The notes under the pieces: generated by a model | Told to the model about the DNA's origin: nothing | Seen by the model: only the letters and a program-made list of their open reading frames with translations | The model's database searches: none | From: an uncultured Verrucomicrobiae bacterium | GTDB lineage: Bacteria > Verrucomicrobiota > Verrucomicrobiia > Opitutales > JABDGR01 | Direction of reading: 5' to 3' | DNA: 64,000 bases | Assembly: GCA_963765205.1 (NCBI GenBank) | Contig: CAVXVB010000005.1 | Location: forward strand, 96,001 to 160,000 | In this document: positions 29,731 through 38,983 of the stretch, in pieces | Numbering within the stretch: the first letter of the stretch is position 1 | How the letters are laid out: each line of letters opens with the position of its first letter | Translations under genes and position numbers: made by a program

Positions 29731-30654
29731 ATGAATAACCTATTCGAGTTCAAAACACTGACCGACTTCACGGATTACTTCCGGGATGAGGCCACTTGCG
29801 TCGCCCACTTCACCGCCACGCGCTTTGCTCACGGCGAATACTGCCCCCATTGCGGACACGGCAAGATTCACCTGTTCGCCAATGGCAAGCGTTACCGTTG
29901 CGCCGGTTGCAAGCAGGACTTCACCATCCGCACCAACACCGTCTTTGGCGAGAGCAAGCTGCCGCTCCGCAAGTGGTTTATGGCGGTCTATCTGCTCTCC
30001 ACAACGAGCAAGGGCATATCCTCGGTTCAACTCGCCAAGCACGTCGGGGTGACGCAAAAGACAGCGTGGTTTATGGCCCACCGTATCCGCAAGGCCCACA
30101 ATCAGAACAAGGGCCAGCTTTTCGGGCGCATTGAGGCGGACGAAACCTACGTTGGCGGCAAAGAAAAGAACAAGCACGCCAGCAAGCGCAGTCACGCGGG
30201 CCGGGGTGGCGTCGGCAAGGCAATCATCTTTGGCGCGAAGGCGCGGGATGGCGAAGTCCGGGCCAGCGTGATTCCCTGCGCGGACAGCTACCGCTTGCAA
30301 AACGCGGTCAGTGAAAACGTCGCCAAGGGTTCGTCTCTCTACACTGACCAACATCGCGCCTATCAGGGCATCAAGGGCGTGCGGCATACGGTGGTGAACC
30401 ATAGCGACGGCGAATATGTCCGGGGCAACGTGCATACGAACGGCATTGAGTCCTTCTGGGCCTTATTCAAACGCGGTTATCATGGCGTATATCACAAGAT
30501 GAGTCGCAAGCACCTACAGCGTTACGTTGATGAATTTACCTTCCGGTTCAACCGCCGCGCCGACAAGATGCAGAGCGTTTTTGCCGACGTGGTAACGGGG
30601 ATTGCCGAAAGCACGAAACTGCCTTATAAAACCCTCACCCAAAATCCTGCATGA
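29731..30654 (+). CDS. IS1595 (ISXO2-like) DDE transposase
   Basis: Zn ribbon CPHCG...CAGC, EADETYVGG, YTDQ, VNHS.GEYV, HTNGIESFW, RYVDEF.FRFN. Confidence 0.95.
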   Translation: MNNLFEFKTLTDFTDYFRDEATCVAHFTATRFAHGEYCPHCGHGKIHLFANGKRYRCAGCKQDFTIRTNTVFGESKLPLRKWFMAVYLLSTTSKGISSVQLAKHVGVTQKTAWFMAHRIRKAHNQNKGQLFGRIEADETYVGGKEKNKHASKRSHAGRGGVGKAIIFGAKARDGEVRASVIPCADSYRLQNAVSENVAKGSSLYTDQHRAYQGIKGVRHTVVNHSDGEYVRGNVHTNGIESFWALFKRGYHGVYHKMSRKHLQRYVDEFTFRFNRRADKMQSVFADVVTGIAESTKLPYKTLTQNPA

Positions 30655-30827
30655 GTCGCCCACAAAAAATCATCCCGCCCGTCAAGGGCAGCTTTCAAAA
30701 CATCCTGACCTCCGTTGCCTTGGGCAGCGGTGGCGGGAAACAAGCGGCTATCCGGCTGGCCAGCCAAGCCCCGGCGTCAAATCTTGCGCAGCCTAAGCCC
30801 GCTGCGCCCCAACCCCGCAAACCATAG
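30651..30827 (+). CDS. 58-aa ORF translationally coupled to the transposase (below ORF-track cutoff)
   Basis: ATGA overlap with the transposase stop; MSRPQKIIPPVKGSFQNILTSVALG...PRKP*. Confidence 0.4.
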   Translation: MSRPQKIIPPVKGSFQNILTSVALGSGGGKQAAIRLASQAPASNLAQPKPAAPQPRKP

Positions 30828-30983
30828 ACCATTTATGCAGACCGCGAACACAACGCCGCTAACGGCCAAGGGTAACATTGTAAGTAATTCCCCTAATTTG
30901 CCGTATGGCTCCTGACGCAGCCAGCCGTAGGCCGAATTGATTAATCGCGACCGACGCACTTGCGCCTACAAGCCATCGGTGCC

Positions 30984-31820
30984 TCACGGTTGCGGTAAAA
31001 ACCGCGCCCGCATGAAGTCAATGTAGCCTTGGTCGGAGCGCTCGCGTTTGGCTTGCACGAAGCTGCCCGCGTCCTCACCGGTGAAATAGCGCAGGCGGCT
31101 CGTGCCGTCCGTGGCGGCGTTGTAGATGACTTGCGCCACTTCGTCGGCGCTCGTTTTGCGGGCCGCACCCATGCTGGCGAAGGCGGCGCTGGTGCGGGCG
31201 ACGAACGCGTTGTAATCGGGCGGCGTGGCCCCCTGGTCGGCTCGCTCCCGGCCCATGCGTTCGGAAAAATTGGTGCCCGTCACGCCGCCGCTCGGCTCGA
31301 TGATTTTGACGATGATGTTTTGCGAGGCGAGTTCGTAGGCCAGCGATTCCGAAAAGCCCTCCACGGCGTATTTGCTCGCGCAATAGAGCGAGATCATCGG
31401 CAGGCCGACCAGGCCGCCGCGCGAGCTGAGGTTGAGGATCAGCCCGCCTTTGTTTTCGCGAAAGTGCGGCAGCAGCGCGCGCGTCACGTCCATGACGCCG
31501 AAGACATTGACCGCAAACTGCTCCTCGATTTTCTCGCGTGCAATCGCCTCGAACACGCCGAACAGGCTAAAGCCCGCGTTGTTGAGCAACGCGTCAATTT
31601 TTCCGAAGCGCGCGAGGCCGGCCACAATCGCCGCGCCGATGCTGGCGCGGTCCCGGACATCCAGGCGCGTCACCAGCACATTGCTGCGGTCGGCCAGCTC
31701 GGTGGCCCGGCCGGGCTGGCGCATCGTGGCGATGACATTCCAGCCCCGGTCGGCGAACAACTTGGCGGTGGCGTGGCCGATGCCGGAGGAAGCGCCGGTA
31801 ATGAGAATCGTCTTATTCAT
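30984..31820 (-). CDS. Short-chain dehydrogenase/reductase
   Basis: TGASSGIG, NNAG, YCASK. Confidence 0.95.
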   Translation of the reverse strand: MNKTILITGASSGIGHATAKLFADRGWNVIATMRQPGRATELADRSNVLVTRLDVRDRASIGAAIVAGLARFGKIDALLNNAGFSLFGVFEAIAREKIEEQFAVNVFGVMDVTRALLPHFRENKGGLILNLSSRGGLVGLPMISLYCASKYAVEGFSESLAYELASQNIIVKIIEPSGGVTGTNFSERMGRERADQGATPPDYNAFVARTSAAFASMGAARKTSADEVAQVIYNAATDGTSRLRYFTGEDAGSFVQAKRERSDQGYIDFMRARFLPQP

Positions 31821-31936
31821 GGGTGGCGGGCGGCAGCCGGGCCTCGGAATTCTGGCGCAAAATGGGCCGGGCTGGCGGCTTTTGGAATAGACTTTGGACG
31901 GGGAAAATGCGAGAATCATCGTTCGATTTTACTCCC

Positions 31937-33262
31937 ATGGCCCTATCCCGACACCTTTTGGTAATGCTGTGCGTAAGCCTGGTTTGGTTGCCCTTGGCGG
32001 CCCAGACAGACACGACGGTGCCAGTCCTATTGCAGGCGGTGCCGAGCCAAACTCTGGGCATCGGCGGCTCGGTCGCCAACCTGGATTTGACGCCCTACTT
32101 CCAAGACCCGGAGGCCACCGGCACCGCGGTGCGCATCACCGCCTATGTGGGGACCTTGGGCAGCGGCAACATTGATGTGGCGCTCTACGATAAATTGACG
32201 CCCAAGACGGTGGCCAACTTCCTCGCATACATCAACGACGGGTATTATGTGAATAACATCGTGCACCGGGCGGTTCCAGGCTTTGTCATCCAAGGCGGGG
32301 GCTATGATGTTTATCAAGACGCGTCGGGGAATTACGACGTGGGATTGGTGACGAGTCTGGGCGCCATCCCGAATGAGTTTGCCGGCTCCGGCCTTTCGAA
32401 TGTCGCGGGCACCATCGCCATGGCCGAAGTTGGGTCTGATCCGAATAGCGCCACCAGCCAGTGGTTCATCAATATGGCGGACAATTCGCAGAACCTCGAC
32501 ACCACGAACGGCGGTTACACGGTCTTTGGCAAAGTCATCGGCAACGGCATGGCGGTCGCCCAAATCATTGATTCAGCACAATTGGGCCCCTACGACTTCA
32601 GCAGTTTTATTTCGGCTTGGAACCAGATTCCCCTCACGGGCAATACCTTGACTCTCGGCAATATTGTTTTTACGGACATGGCCACCATCCCGACGCTTAC
32701 CTACTCGGTCGGTTCCGGCAACACCTCCCTGGTGACGGCGAGCATGAGCGGCAACATCGTGCAACTAACCCCTTCAACCACCCTGACTGGCAGCACCAAC
32801 ATCACCATCACGGCGACGGCCCTCGACGCCGGCCAAACGCAGACGACCTTTACGGTGTTTGTGGATCAAACCTTCAGCAACTGGATCGCACCGTATAACT
32901 TTTCCCCGTCCGCCGCCCTCGCAACCGCGAATCCCTCCGGCGACGGCGTGCCCAACCTGCTCAAATTCGCCTTTGACGGCAATCCCTTGCTGGCGCAGCG
33001 CGCCCTTGGCCTGCCGCAGGCGGAGTCCGGCGGCGGCGTCACATTCTATCAGCGGCAATTAGCCGGGTTGAGTTACGAGGTGGATGAATCCCCCGATCTC
33101 GAGACTTGGACCAAGACTTGGCAAACAAGCGACGGCCTGGCGGCGGCGCCGGTGGCCGTACATACCACGGTTTCGGGGTATGATGTCGTCACGATTCGCG
33201 ACCCCGCGGGCGGCTACCAGCCCGTGCATTTTTGGCGGGTGCAAGTCAGCCCTACGCTGTAG
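31937..33262 (+). CDS. Secreted cyclophilin-type peptidyl-prolyl isomerase with extra C-terminal domains
   Basis: Signal peptide; PKTVANFL, HRAVPGFVIQGGG, GTIAMA, SQWFIN, GYTVFG; C-terminal DGVPNLL...YEVDESPDLETW...FWRV. Confidence 0.85.
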   Translation: MALSRHLLVMLCVSLVWLPLAAQTDTTVPVLLQAVPSQTLGIGGSVANLDLTPYFQDPEATGTAVRITAYVGTLGSGNIDVALYDKLTPKTVANFLAYINDGYYVNNIVHRAVPGFVIQGGGYDVYQDASGNYDVGLVTSLGAIPNEFAGSGLSNVAGTIAMAEVGSDPNSATSQWFINMADNSQNLDTTNGGYTVFGKVIGNGMAVAQIIDSAQLGPYDFSSFISAWNQIPLTGNTLTLGNIVFTDMATIPTLTYSVGSGNTSLVTASMSGNIVQLTPSTTLTGSTNITITATALDAGQTQTTFTVFVDQTFSNWIAPYNFSPSAALATANPSGDGVPNLLKFAFDGNPLLAQRALGLPQAESGGGVTFYQRQLAGLSYEVDESPDLETWTKTWQTSDGLAAAPVAVHTTVSGYDVVTIRDPAGGYQPVHFWRVQVSPTL

Positions 33263-33391
33263 CGGGGGGGCGCGTTGCGACCACCGGCGACCGTCAAGTG
33301 GCTGAATGGGCGCTGGAAATACTCCCGCAGGCTTTCCTTTTGCAACTTTTGCGGTTAAAGTGGGTCAAATCCTGCTAAGGACACAGCCACG

Positions 33392-34075
33392 ATGAGCACC
33401 CTTTCGGACCTGCCCGCCGATGCGCCGGTGATGACGCTGCCGAACACGGCGTTGTTTCCGCAGGCGTTGCTGCCGCTCTACATCTTCGAGCCGCGCTACC
33501 GGCAGATGCTGGCCGACGCGCTGGCGGGCAACCGCCTCTTCGCCATCGCGGGCCTGGACCCGTTGCGCGCCGAGGAGCCGGACCAGGTCGAGCCGCCGTT
33601 TCCCATTGCCGGGCTGGGTGTCATCCGCGCCTGCCATGAAAACGCCGACGGCACGTCGAACCTCGTGCTGCAGGGCCTGGCGCGCGTGCGCTGCCGCGCG
33701 GTGCTGAGCGAGGAGCCTTACCGCCGCTGCGCCATCGAGGTGCTCGCCACCGCGCCGGGCGCGGGGCCCACGGAACTGCGCCGCCAGCGCCTTGCGCTGC
33801 TGCACCAGATCAACGAATGGCGCGAGCTGGGCGGCCCGGTGAGCACGGACGCCGTGCGTTTTTTGCGCTCGCTGGCGGAGCCGGAGACGTTTTTGGACCT
33901 GGCCGCGTTCACGCTGTGCCAGGACGCGCTCGAGAAGCAGCGGCTGCTCGAGGAATTGGACACGGCGGCGCGCTTTTCGCACTTCCTGCGCCACCTGCGG
34001 GCGGAAGCGGCCCGCCTGCGCCTCGCGCGCAAATTACAAGGCAAGCTGCGCGACGAGGATGTGTCGAGGAATTGA
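33392..34075 (+). CDS. Stand-alone Lon N-terminal (substrate-binding) domain protein
   Basis: LFPQALLPLYIFEPRYRQM, DGTSNLVLQG, EKQRLLE. Confidence 0.9.
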   Translation: MSTLSDLPADAPVMTLPNTALFPQALLPLYIFEPRYRQMLADALAGNRLFAIAGLDPLRAEEPDQVEPPFPIAGLGVIRACHENADGTSNLVLQGLARVRCRAVLSEEPYRRCAIEVLATAPGAGPTELRRQRLALLHQINEWRELGGPVSTDAVRFLRSLAEPETFLDLAAFTLCQDALEKQRLLEELDTAARFSHFLRHLRAEAARLRLARKLQGKLRDEDVSRN

Positions 34076-34243
34076 GGGACAGAGGGACAGAGGGACAGAG
34101 GGACAGAGGGACAGAGTTGCGCGGGTGAAATTGTGAAGGAAATACAAACAAAAAAAGGCGTGTGTCGTACGGAATTTGGACGTCCAGTGCCTGAGTGCGT
34201 CATTGCCTTTGTGCCTCTGTCCCTTTGTCCCTCGGTCCCTCGG
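34074..34243. repeat. Inverted pair of GAGGGACA octamer arrays
   Basis: (GAGGGACA)x5 at 34074-34113; degenerate complementary array at about 34204-34243. Confidence 0.85.
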
Positions 34244-35468
34244 TCGCTTCCGCCGCTTCGCGCAGCAGATCGGCCAGGTTCAACAGCGCGTTTTGCAAAT
34301 ACGCTGCGGTTTCGTGGCCGCCGCCGTTGGTGAGCACCGCAAGGGCCGTGCGGTATTGGGGAATGATGGCGACTAATTCCGCCTGGTTGTCCTGCTCGCC
34401 CAGGCGGGCGATGATTTCGAGGCCGCGGTAATGTTGCTGCGCCCAACCGAGGCTGTAGCCGTGGTTGTCGTCGAGGTTGGTCGCGGGCCGCCAGCGCGCC
34501 TGCACGGCGTCTTCACCGAGCCAGCGCGTGCCATCGGGCCCAAGGCCGCCGGACAATTCCACTTGCAACCACGCGGCGATGTCGCGCGCCGACGCATGCA
34601 GGCCCAGCGCGGGCCGCAAGGCCGCGCCGGAGACGGGCGGCGCGGGTGCGGCTTGCCAGAGGCTGTTGGTATCGCGCGTGTGGCCGGCGGCTTCGTCCTC
34701 ACCGGTGGCAGCCACGGGCGGATCGAACGTGGCGCGCTTCATGCCGAGCGGGTCGAGCACTTGGGTCTGGACGAGCGCGGCGTAGCCGGCGGCCAGGCCG
34801 CCGTTGGGCGCCCGGCGGTGGTTGCTGGCATAAACCGCGAGGTAGCCCGCGAGGGCCGTGCTGGCGTCACAATAAGCAAACCCCCGGCCGGGTTGGGCGG
34901 TGAGGGGAATTTCGGCGGCGACGGCAAAAAGGTCGGCGGGTGTGCGGGCGGGATCGCCCAGCAGGTTGTCGGCGCGGTCGGGCAAGCCGGCGGTCATGCC
35001 CAGCAACTGGCGCAGGGTGACGTTGCGCGTCGCCGGTGCATCGGCGAGGGCGAATTCATCCCAGCACCGGCGCGCGGGGGCGTCGAGTTCAAGCACATTT
35101 TGGGCGGCGAGGCGCGCGAGGAGGAGGGAATTGACGGCGGCCGTGGCCGGCCCGAGCGCGAAGCGCGTATCGGGAGTGACGGGGGCGTCGCCGGCGAGAG
35201 AGCGTTTGCCCAGACCGTCAAGCAGGAGCGTTTGCCCGGGTTGGATGAGCGCCACCGCCACGCCGGGCAGGCCCGCGTCACTGCGCGATTTTTCGAGCGA
35301 ATAGCGGTAGGCGGCGATTTGGTCGGCGCTCAATTTGACGACGACCGGCGCGGGCGGTGGGATGGCCGCCGCGGCGTTGGCGTCCACCGCGCCGCGGGCC
35401 GCCTGCGCGGCGAGGAGCAGAACGGCGGCGAGCCGGGCCGCGCGCGAAAATGGGGAAGGGCGGTTCAC
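34200..35468 (-). CDS. Secreted beta-lactamase-fold serine-hydrolase homologue with degenerate active site
   Basis: PVTPDTRF, TLRQLLGMTAG, VLDPLGMKR, YSLGW; SxxK replaced by PATA. GTG start at 35468 inferred. Confidence 0.75.
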   Translation of the reverse strand: MNRPSPFSRAARLAAVLLLAAQAARGAVDANAAAAIPPPAPVVVKLSADQIAAYRYSLEKSRSDAGLPGVAVALIQPGQTLLLDGLGKRSLAGDAPVTPDTRFALGPATAAVNSLLLARLAAQNVLELDAPARRCWDEFALADAPATRNVTLRQLLGMTAGLPDRADNLLGDPARTPADLFAVAAEIPLTAQPGRGFAYCDASTALAGYLAVYASNHRRAPNGGLAAGYAALVQTQVLDPLGMKRATFDPPVAATGEDEAAGHTRDTNSLWQAAPAPPVSGAALRPALGLHASARDIAAWLQVELSGGLGPDGTRWLGEDAVQARWRPATNLDDNHGYSLGWAQQHYRGLEIIARLGEQDNQAELVAIIPQYRTALAVLTNGGGHETAAYLQNALLNLADLLREAAEATEGPRDKGTEAQRQ

Positions 35469-35488
35469 GCGGTGTGGGCGCCGATGGG

Positions 35489-36280
35489 TTAGTAGTTGCG
35501 AATGGGAATATCCGCCTGCGGGGCGGGCTGCACGCCACCAAAAGTCGCTTTTTCCGGGACGGGCAAATCGGCCAGGGCTGCGCCGGATTTGGAAATCACG
35601 CGGACGATTTTTTTTGTTTCCGTGCCGAAGACGAAAACGAGGGAATCCACCTCCGGCTTGTCCCACCAACTGGCGCCGGGCAGTTGCACGGTGTCGAAAG
35701 TGTCGCCAGTGGCCGGGGTCACGGCGTCGGTCAGGTCCGCGGGGCCGGAGCCGGGTTGGGACAAAATAAACATGCCATCCTTGCGGTCGGGTTGCGCGTA
35801 GGGTGGGGTGTCCTCGGCGTGGAGCAACTGGTGGTTTTTATCGTAAGCATACCAGCGGGCGGATAGCGCGGCGGCGGGGAAGGGTTGGAAGATGCGCAGC
35901 GAGAGGCGAAAATAATCGCGGGTGCTTTCGTCCGGCGCCGGGCCGGCGGGCGGCTGGGGGGTGCCGGCGGCGGGTTGCAGGCGCGCAATGCTGGCAAACT
36001 CGAACAATTCGCCCGGGGGCAGGTTGGGGTAAAGTTCCTGGCCGGAGTAATCGGCATATTTGTCCAAGGCGACCAGGGAGTGTTCCGGGAAGTCGAAATC
36101 GCGCCAGGAGCCGTCGGGGAACACGGTGGCGGCAACATGCAGGCCATTGCCCACGACGACGACATCGTAGGCTGCTGTGCGCACCTCCGGATTGCGGATG
36201 GGGTAGAGCACCATGTAGGTGCGGCCGGGCTTAAGGTCGCGGCATTTGATGAACGCCGTGGTCTTGCCGTCCTGAATCAT
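35489..36280 (-). CDS. Hypothetical protein (possibly the C-terminal part of the SHD1 gene)
   Basis: 263-aa ORF with ATGA overlap to the upstream ORF; no signal peptide of its own. Confidence 0.55.
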   Translation of the reverse strand: MIQDGKTTAFIKCRDLKPGRTYMVLYPIRNPEVRTAAYDVVVVGNGLHVAATVFPDGSWRDFDFPEHSLVALDKYADYSGQELYPNLPPGELFEFASIARLQPAAGTPQPPAGPAPDESTRDYFRLSLRIFQPFPAAALSARWYAYDKNHQLLHAEDTPPYAQPDRKDGMFILSQPGSGPADLTDAVTPATGDTFDTVQLPGASWWDKPEVDSLVFVFGTETKKIVRVISKSGAALADLPVPEKATFGGVQPAPQADIPIRNY

Positions 36281-36798
36281 GAGCGGGCTGTCGCGGGGGG
36301 GAGGATGAAGGGAATGCGTTTATGCTGGTCGTCGAAAAAATAGACATAGACGTAGTCAAGCGTGCTGCCGTCGGTGTTGCGCAACGTGAGCGGGATGCCG
36401 AGATAGGCGTCGAGGTAGCCGTGATCCTGGAGGGGGCGCAGGCGCAAAACGCGCGGCTCGTCCAGGATAAAGGGCCGGCCCAAGGCCGAGAGCGATTGGG
36501 TGGGCGGCGGGTCTTCACCCGCGCCGGCGGGTTGTTGAAGAAGCCACTCGCGCACGGCCTCGCGGTCGTTGGGCACCAAGTCGTTTAGGTCGAGGGTGAA
36601 GGTGCGCCCGTCCGGATGGCGGAAGGTGACCTGCTCGTCCTTATACAAGCTGACGATGGTGGCCTCGTAATGATGGCCATCCAGATCGGTCCACCAATCG
36701 CGCGTCTGGGCAAAACTGGTGGCGCCGGCCAGCATACCTGCCAGCACCAGCGCAGTGCGCCAGCGGCGTGGGGAAAAGTGGGCAAAGGCCGGTGGCAT
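36277..36798 (-). CDS. Secreted SHD1-domain protein
   Basis: Signal peptide, then RDWWTDLDG..YEA.....VTFRHPDGRTF...LNDL..NDRE.VREW. Confidence 0.65.
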   Translation of the reverse strand: MPPAFAHFSPRRWRTALVLAGMLAGATSFAQTRDWWTDLDGHHYEATIVSLYKDEQVTFRHPDGRTFTLDLNDLVPNDREAVREWLLQQPAGAGEDPPPTQSLSALGRPFILDEPRVLRLRPLQDHGYLDAYLGIPLTLRNTDGSTLDYVYVYFFDDQHKRIPFILPPATARS

Positions 36799-36907
36799 TT
36801 TCGGGCGGCCGCAAAAAGGCGCTGGGAAACAGGAGGTGATGCCGCTCGAGGCCAGGGATAGACCAGCGATGTGGCCGAGGATTGACCGGCTTTAAGATCG
36901 CGCGGTC

Positions 36908-37223
36908 TTAAAGCTTTTCCGGCGGGTTGGCCGGCCGCGGCGGCGCGGAATCAAGCGGTCCGCCGGAGGCGGCGGGCGGGGCGGAAGGGGGAGAGGCGGC
37001 CTGGAGTTGGGCTTTTTTGCGTTCTTCCTCCCGCACCGCTGAGTGAAAATTGTCCTCCACCTCGTTGGCGGCCTTTTTGAATTCGCGCATGGACTGGCCC
37101 AGGGCCTTCGCCAATTTCGGGCAGTTTCTTCGATCCGAACATCAGCAGGCACAGGAACATCACGAAGAACATTTCCCCGCCGTTCATGCTCAGGAAGGCC
37201 AAGGTTGATAATGGTAGGCTCAT
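36908..37223 (-). pseudogene. tatA: TatA/B-family subunit, frameshifted copy (extra A; real mutation or sequencing error)
   Basis: FGSKKLPE then GAA-A-TTG (TTT at 37115-37117); LAKALGQSMREFKKA continues in the next frame; length 316 nt = 3n+1. Confidence 0.75.
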
Positions 37224-37349
37224 GGGACTAATATGGGCTTGGGCTGGCCATCTGTAAACCCTTAAATCGAGGCGAGGTTCCACCGCAAGGCCCCAACCTG
37301 CTCCGGCGTCGCCACGGGAGCTTGATTTATCGAAAAAACCGACCGGGCC

Positions 37350-37595
37350 TTAAAGCTTTTCTGAGGGTTGGGCCGACCGGGACTCGAGGGGGGCGGCGGG
37401 CGGCGGCGAAGGCGGGCGAGGGACGTCATCCACCTCGTTGGCGGCTTTTTTGAATTCGCGCATGGACTGGCCCATGGCTTTCGCCAGCTCAGGCAGCTTC
37501 TTAGACCCGAACATGAGAAGGCACAGGAACATGACGAAGAACATCTCTCCGCCGTTCATGCTCAGGAAGGCCAATACTGATAAGGGTGTGCTCAT
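37350..37595 (-). CDS. tatA: Twin-arginine translocase TatA/E subunit
   Basis: TM helix, then FGSKKLPELAKAMGQSMREFKKA. Confidence 0.9.
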   Translation of the reverse strand: MSTPLSVLAFLSMNGGEMFFVMFLCLLMFGSKKLPELAKAMGQSMREFKKAANEVDDVPRPPSPPPAAPLESRSAQPSEKL

Positions 37596-37833
37596 AGTGT
37601 CAATATGGGCTGAAGTTAGCCTATTGTAAACCCTTAAATCGAGGGGGATGGCGGGGAATTAGGAGGGATGAATTAAGAATTAAGAAGTGGAGAGGGGGAT
37701 GGCGGGGTTAATAAATCGAGTAGCGTTGATTTTCCGACTCAAAACCGAAACTTCCGCGTCCCCGTTTACGCCTCCAGCCTTGCAGCCGGGCGCGGGAGGC
37801 GATATAAGTTTTTGTTCAAGCATGCCGCATTTT

Positions 37834-38817
37834 ATGAGCACCACGCCCGCCAAGCCCATTGTCCCCGCCCCGCGCATCCGCGAGACGCTCCAGCGCCTCA
37901 AGCAAAACATTGGGCGCGTCATCCTCGGGAAGGACGAAGTGATAGACCAGGTGCTCATCACGCTCGTGGCCGGCGGGCATTTGCTGCTGGAGGACCTGCC
38001 GGGCCTGGGTAAAACCACGTTGGCCTATTGCCTGGCGCGGTCGCTCGACTGCCAGTTCTCCCGCATCCAGTTCACCAGCGACTTGCTGCCGAGCGACGTG
38101 TTGGGCGTCTCGATTTACGACGAGAACCTCAAAGAGTTCATTTTCAAGAAAGGGCCGATTTTTGCCAATATCGTGCTGGCCGACGAGATCAACCGCACCA
38201 CGCCCAAGACCCAGTCCAGTCTGCTCGAGGTTATGGATCACGGCAAGGTTTCGATGGATGGGCAGGCCTATGCAGTGGGCCAGCCGTTCATGGTTTTCGC
38301 CACGCAAAACCCGGTGGACTACGAGGGCACGTTCCCGCTGCCGGAAAGCCAGATGGATCGCTTTTTCATGCGCCTGCAAATGGGCTACCCGTCCTTTGCC
38401 GCCGAGTTGAGCATCCTCCAGTCCGCCACCACGCGGCGCAACTACGACCTGCTCGACCTGGAGCCGGTGGCCACACGCGCGGAAATCGTCGAGATCCAGC
38501 ACTACACACCGCAGGTGTTTGTCGAGGACTCGGTGTTGGAATACCTGTTAAAAATCGTCGCCGCCACGCGCACGGAGGCAGACTTCCAGGCCGGCATCTC
38601 GACCCGCGGCTCGCTCGCGCTGAAGCTCGCGGCCCAAGCGGCGGCCTTGGGCGACGGGCGCGCGTTCGTCATCCCCGCCGACGTGCAGCAGGTCGTCAAA
38701 CCCGTGTGCGTCCACCGTCTCGGCCTCAAGCGCGCCACGGCGGATTCGCTCGAGGAGCGCCGGCTGGTCGAAGGGTTGCTGACACAAATTTTAGACAAAA
38801 TTCCGGCGCCGGTGTGA
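37834..38817 (+). CDS. moxR: MoxR-family AAA+ ATPase
   Basis: [47 protein letters not shown]. Confidence 0.95.
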   Translation: MSTTPAKPIVPAPRIRETLQRLKQNIGRVILGKDEVIDQVLITLVAGGHLLLEDLPGLGKTTLAYCLARSLDCQFSRIQFTSDLLPSDVLGVSIYDENLKEFIFKKGPIFANIVLADEINRTTPKTQSSLLEVMDHGKVSMDGQAYAVGQPFMVFATQNPVDYEGTFPLPESQMDRFFMRLQMGYPSFAAELSILQSATTRRNYDLLDLEPVATRAEIVEIQHYTPQVFVEDSVLEYLLKIVAATRTEADFQAGISTRGSLALKLAAQAAALGDGRAFVIPADVQQVVKPVCVHRLGLKRATADSLEERRLVEGLLTQILDKIPAPV

Positions 38818-38822
38818 CCGGC

Positions 38823-38967
38823 AACTTCCAACATCGAACGTCCAACATTCAACATCCAATGAAGAAGCCAGGCACGGATGCTAATTTTCACCGCAAAGAC
38901 GCCAGGATCGCAAAGTGTGATTTCAACGTCCAGTCGCTCCTTTGCGTTTTTGGCGTCTTTGCGGTGA
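38823..38967. repeat. AACATCC-type heptamer array plus a perfect 17-bp inverted repeat
   Basis: Five heptamers at 38823-38857; TCACCGCAAAGACGCCA (38888-38904) and its reverse complement (38951-38967). Confidence 0.8.
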
Positions 38968-38983
38968 TAGTTGAGCAAGGGTT

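Larger units (their letters stand above)
29055..30892 (+). mobile_element. Complete IS1595-family element with passenger ORFs
   Basis: TIRs 29055-29077 and 30870-30892 (19/23 match); 8-bp TSD CTAATTTG at 29047-29054 and 30893-30900. Confidence 0.9.

Noticed and set aside
34074..34113. CRISPR array (also considered for 54903-55097 and 43378-43430)
   Set aside because: Units are 7-9 bp and contiguous, without unique spacers; no cas genes in the window.
34200..35468. Active beta-lactamase
   Set aside because: The catalytic Ser and Lys are absent.
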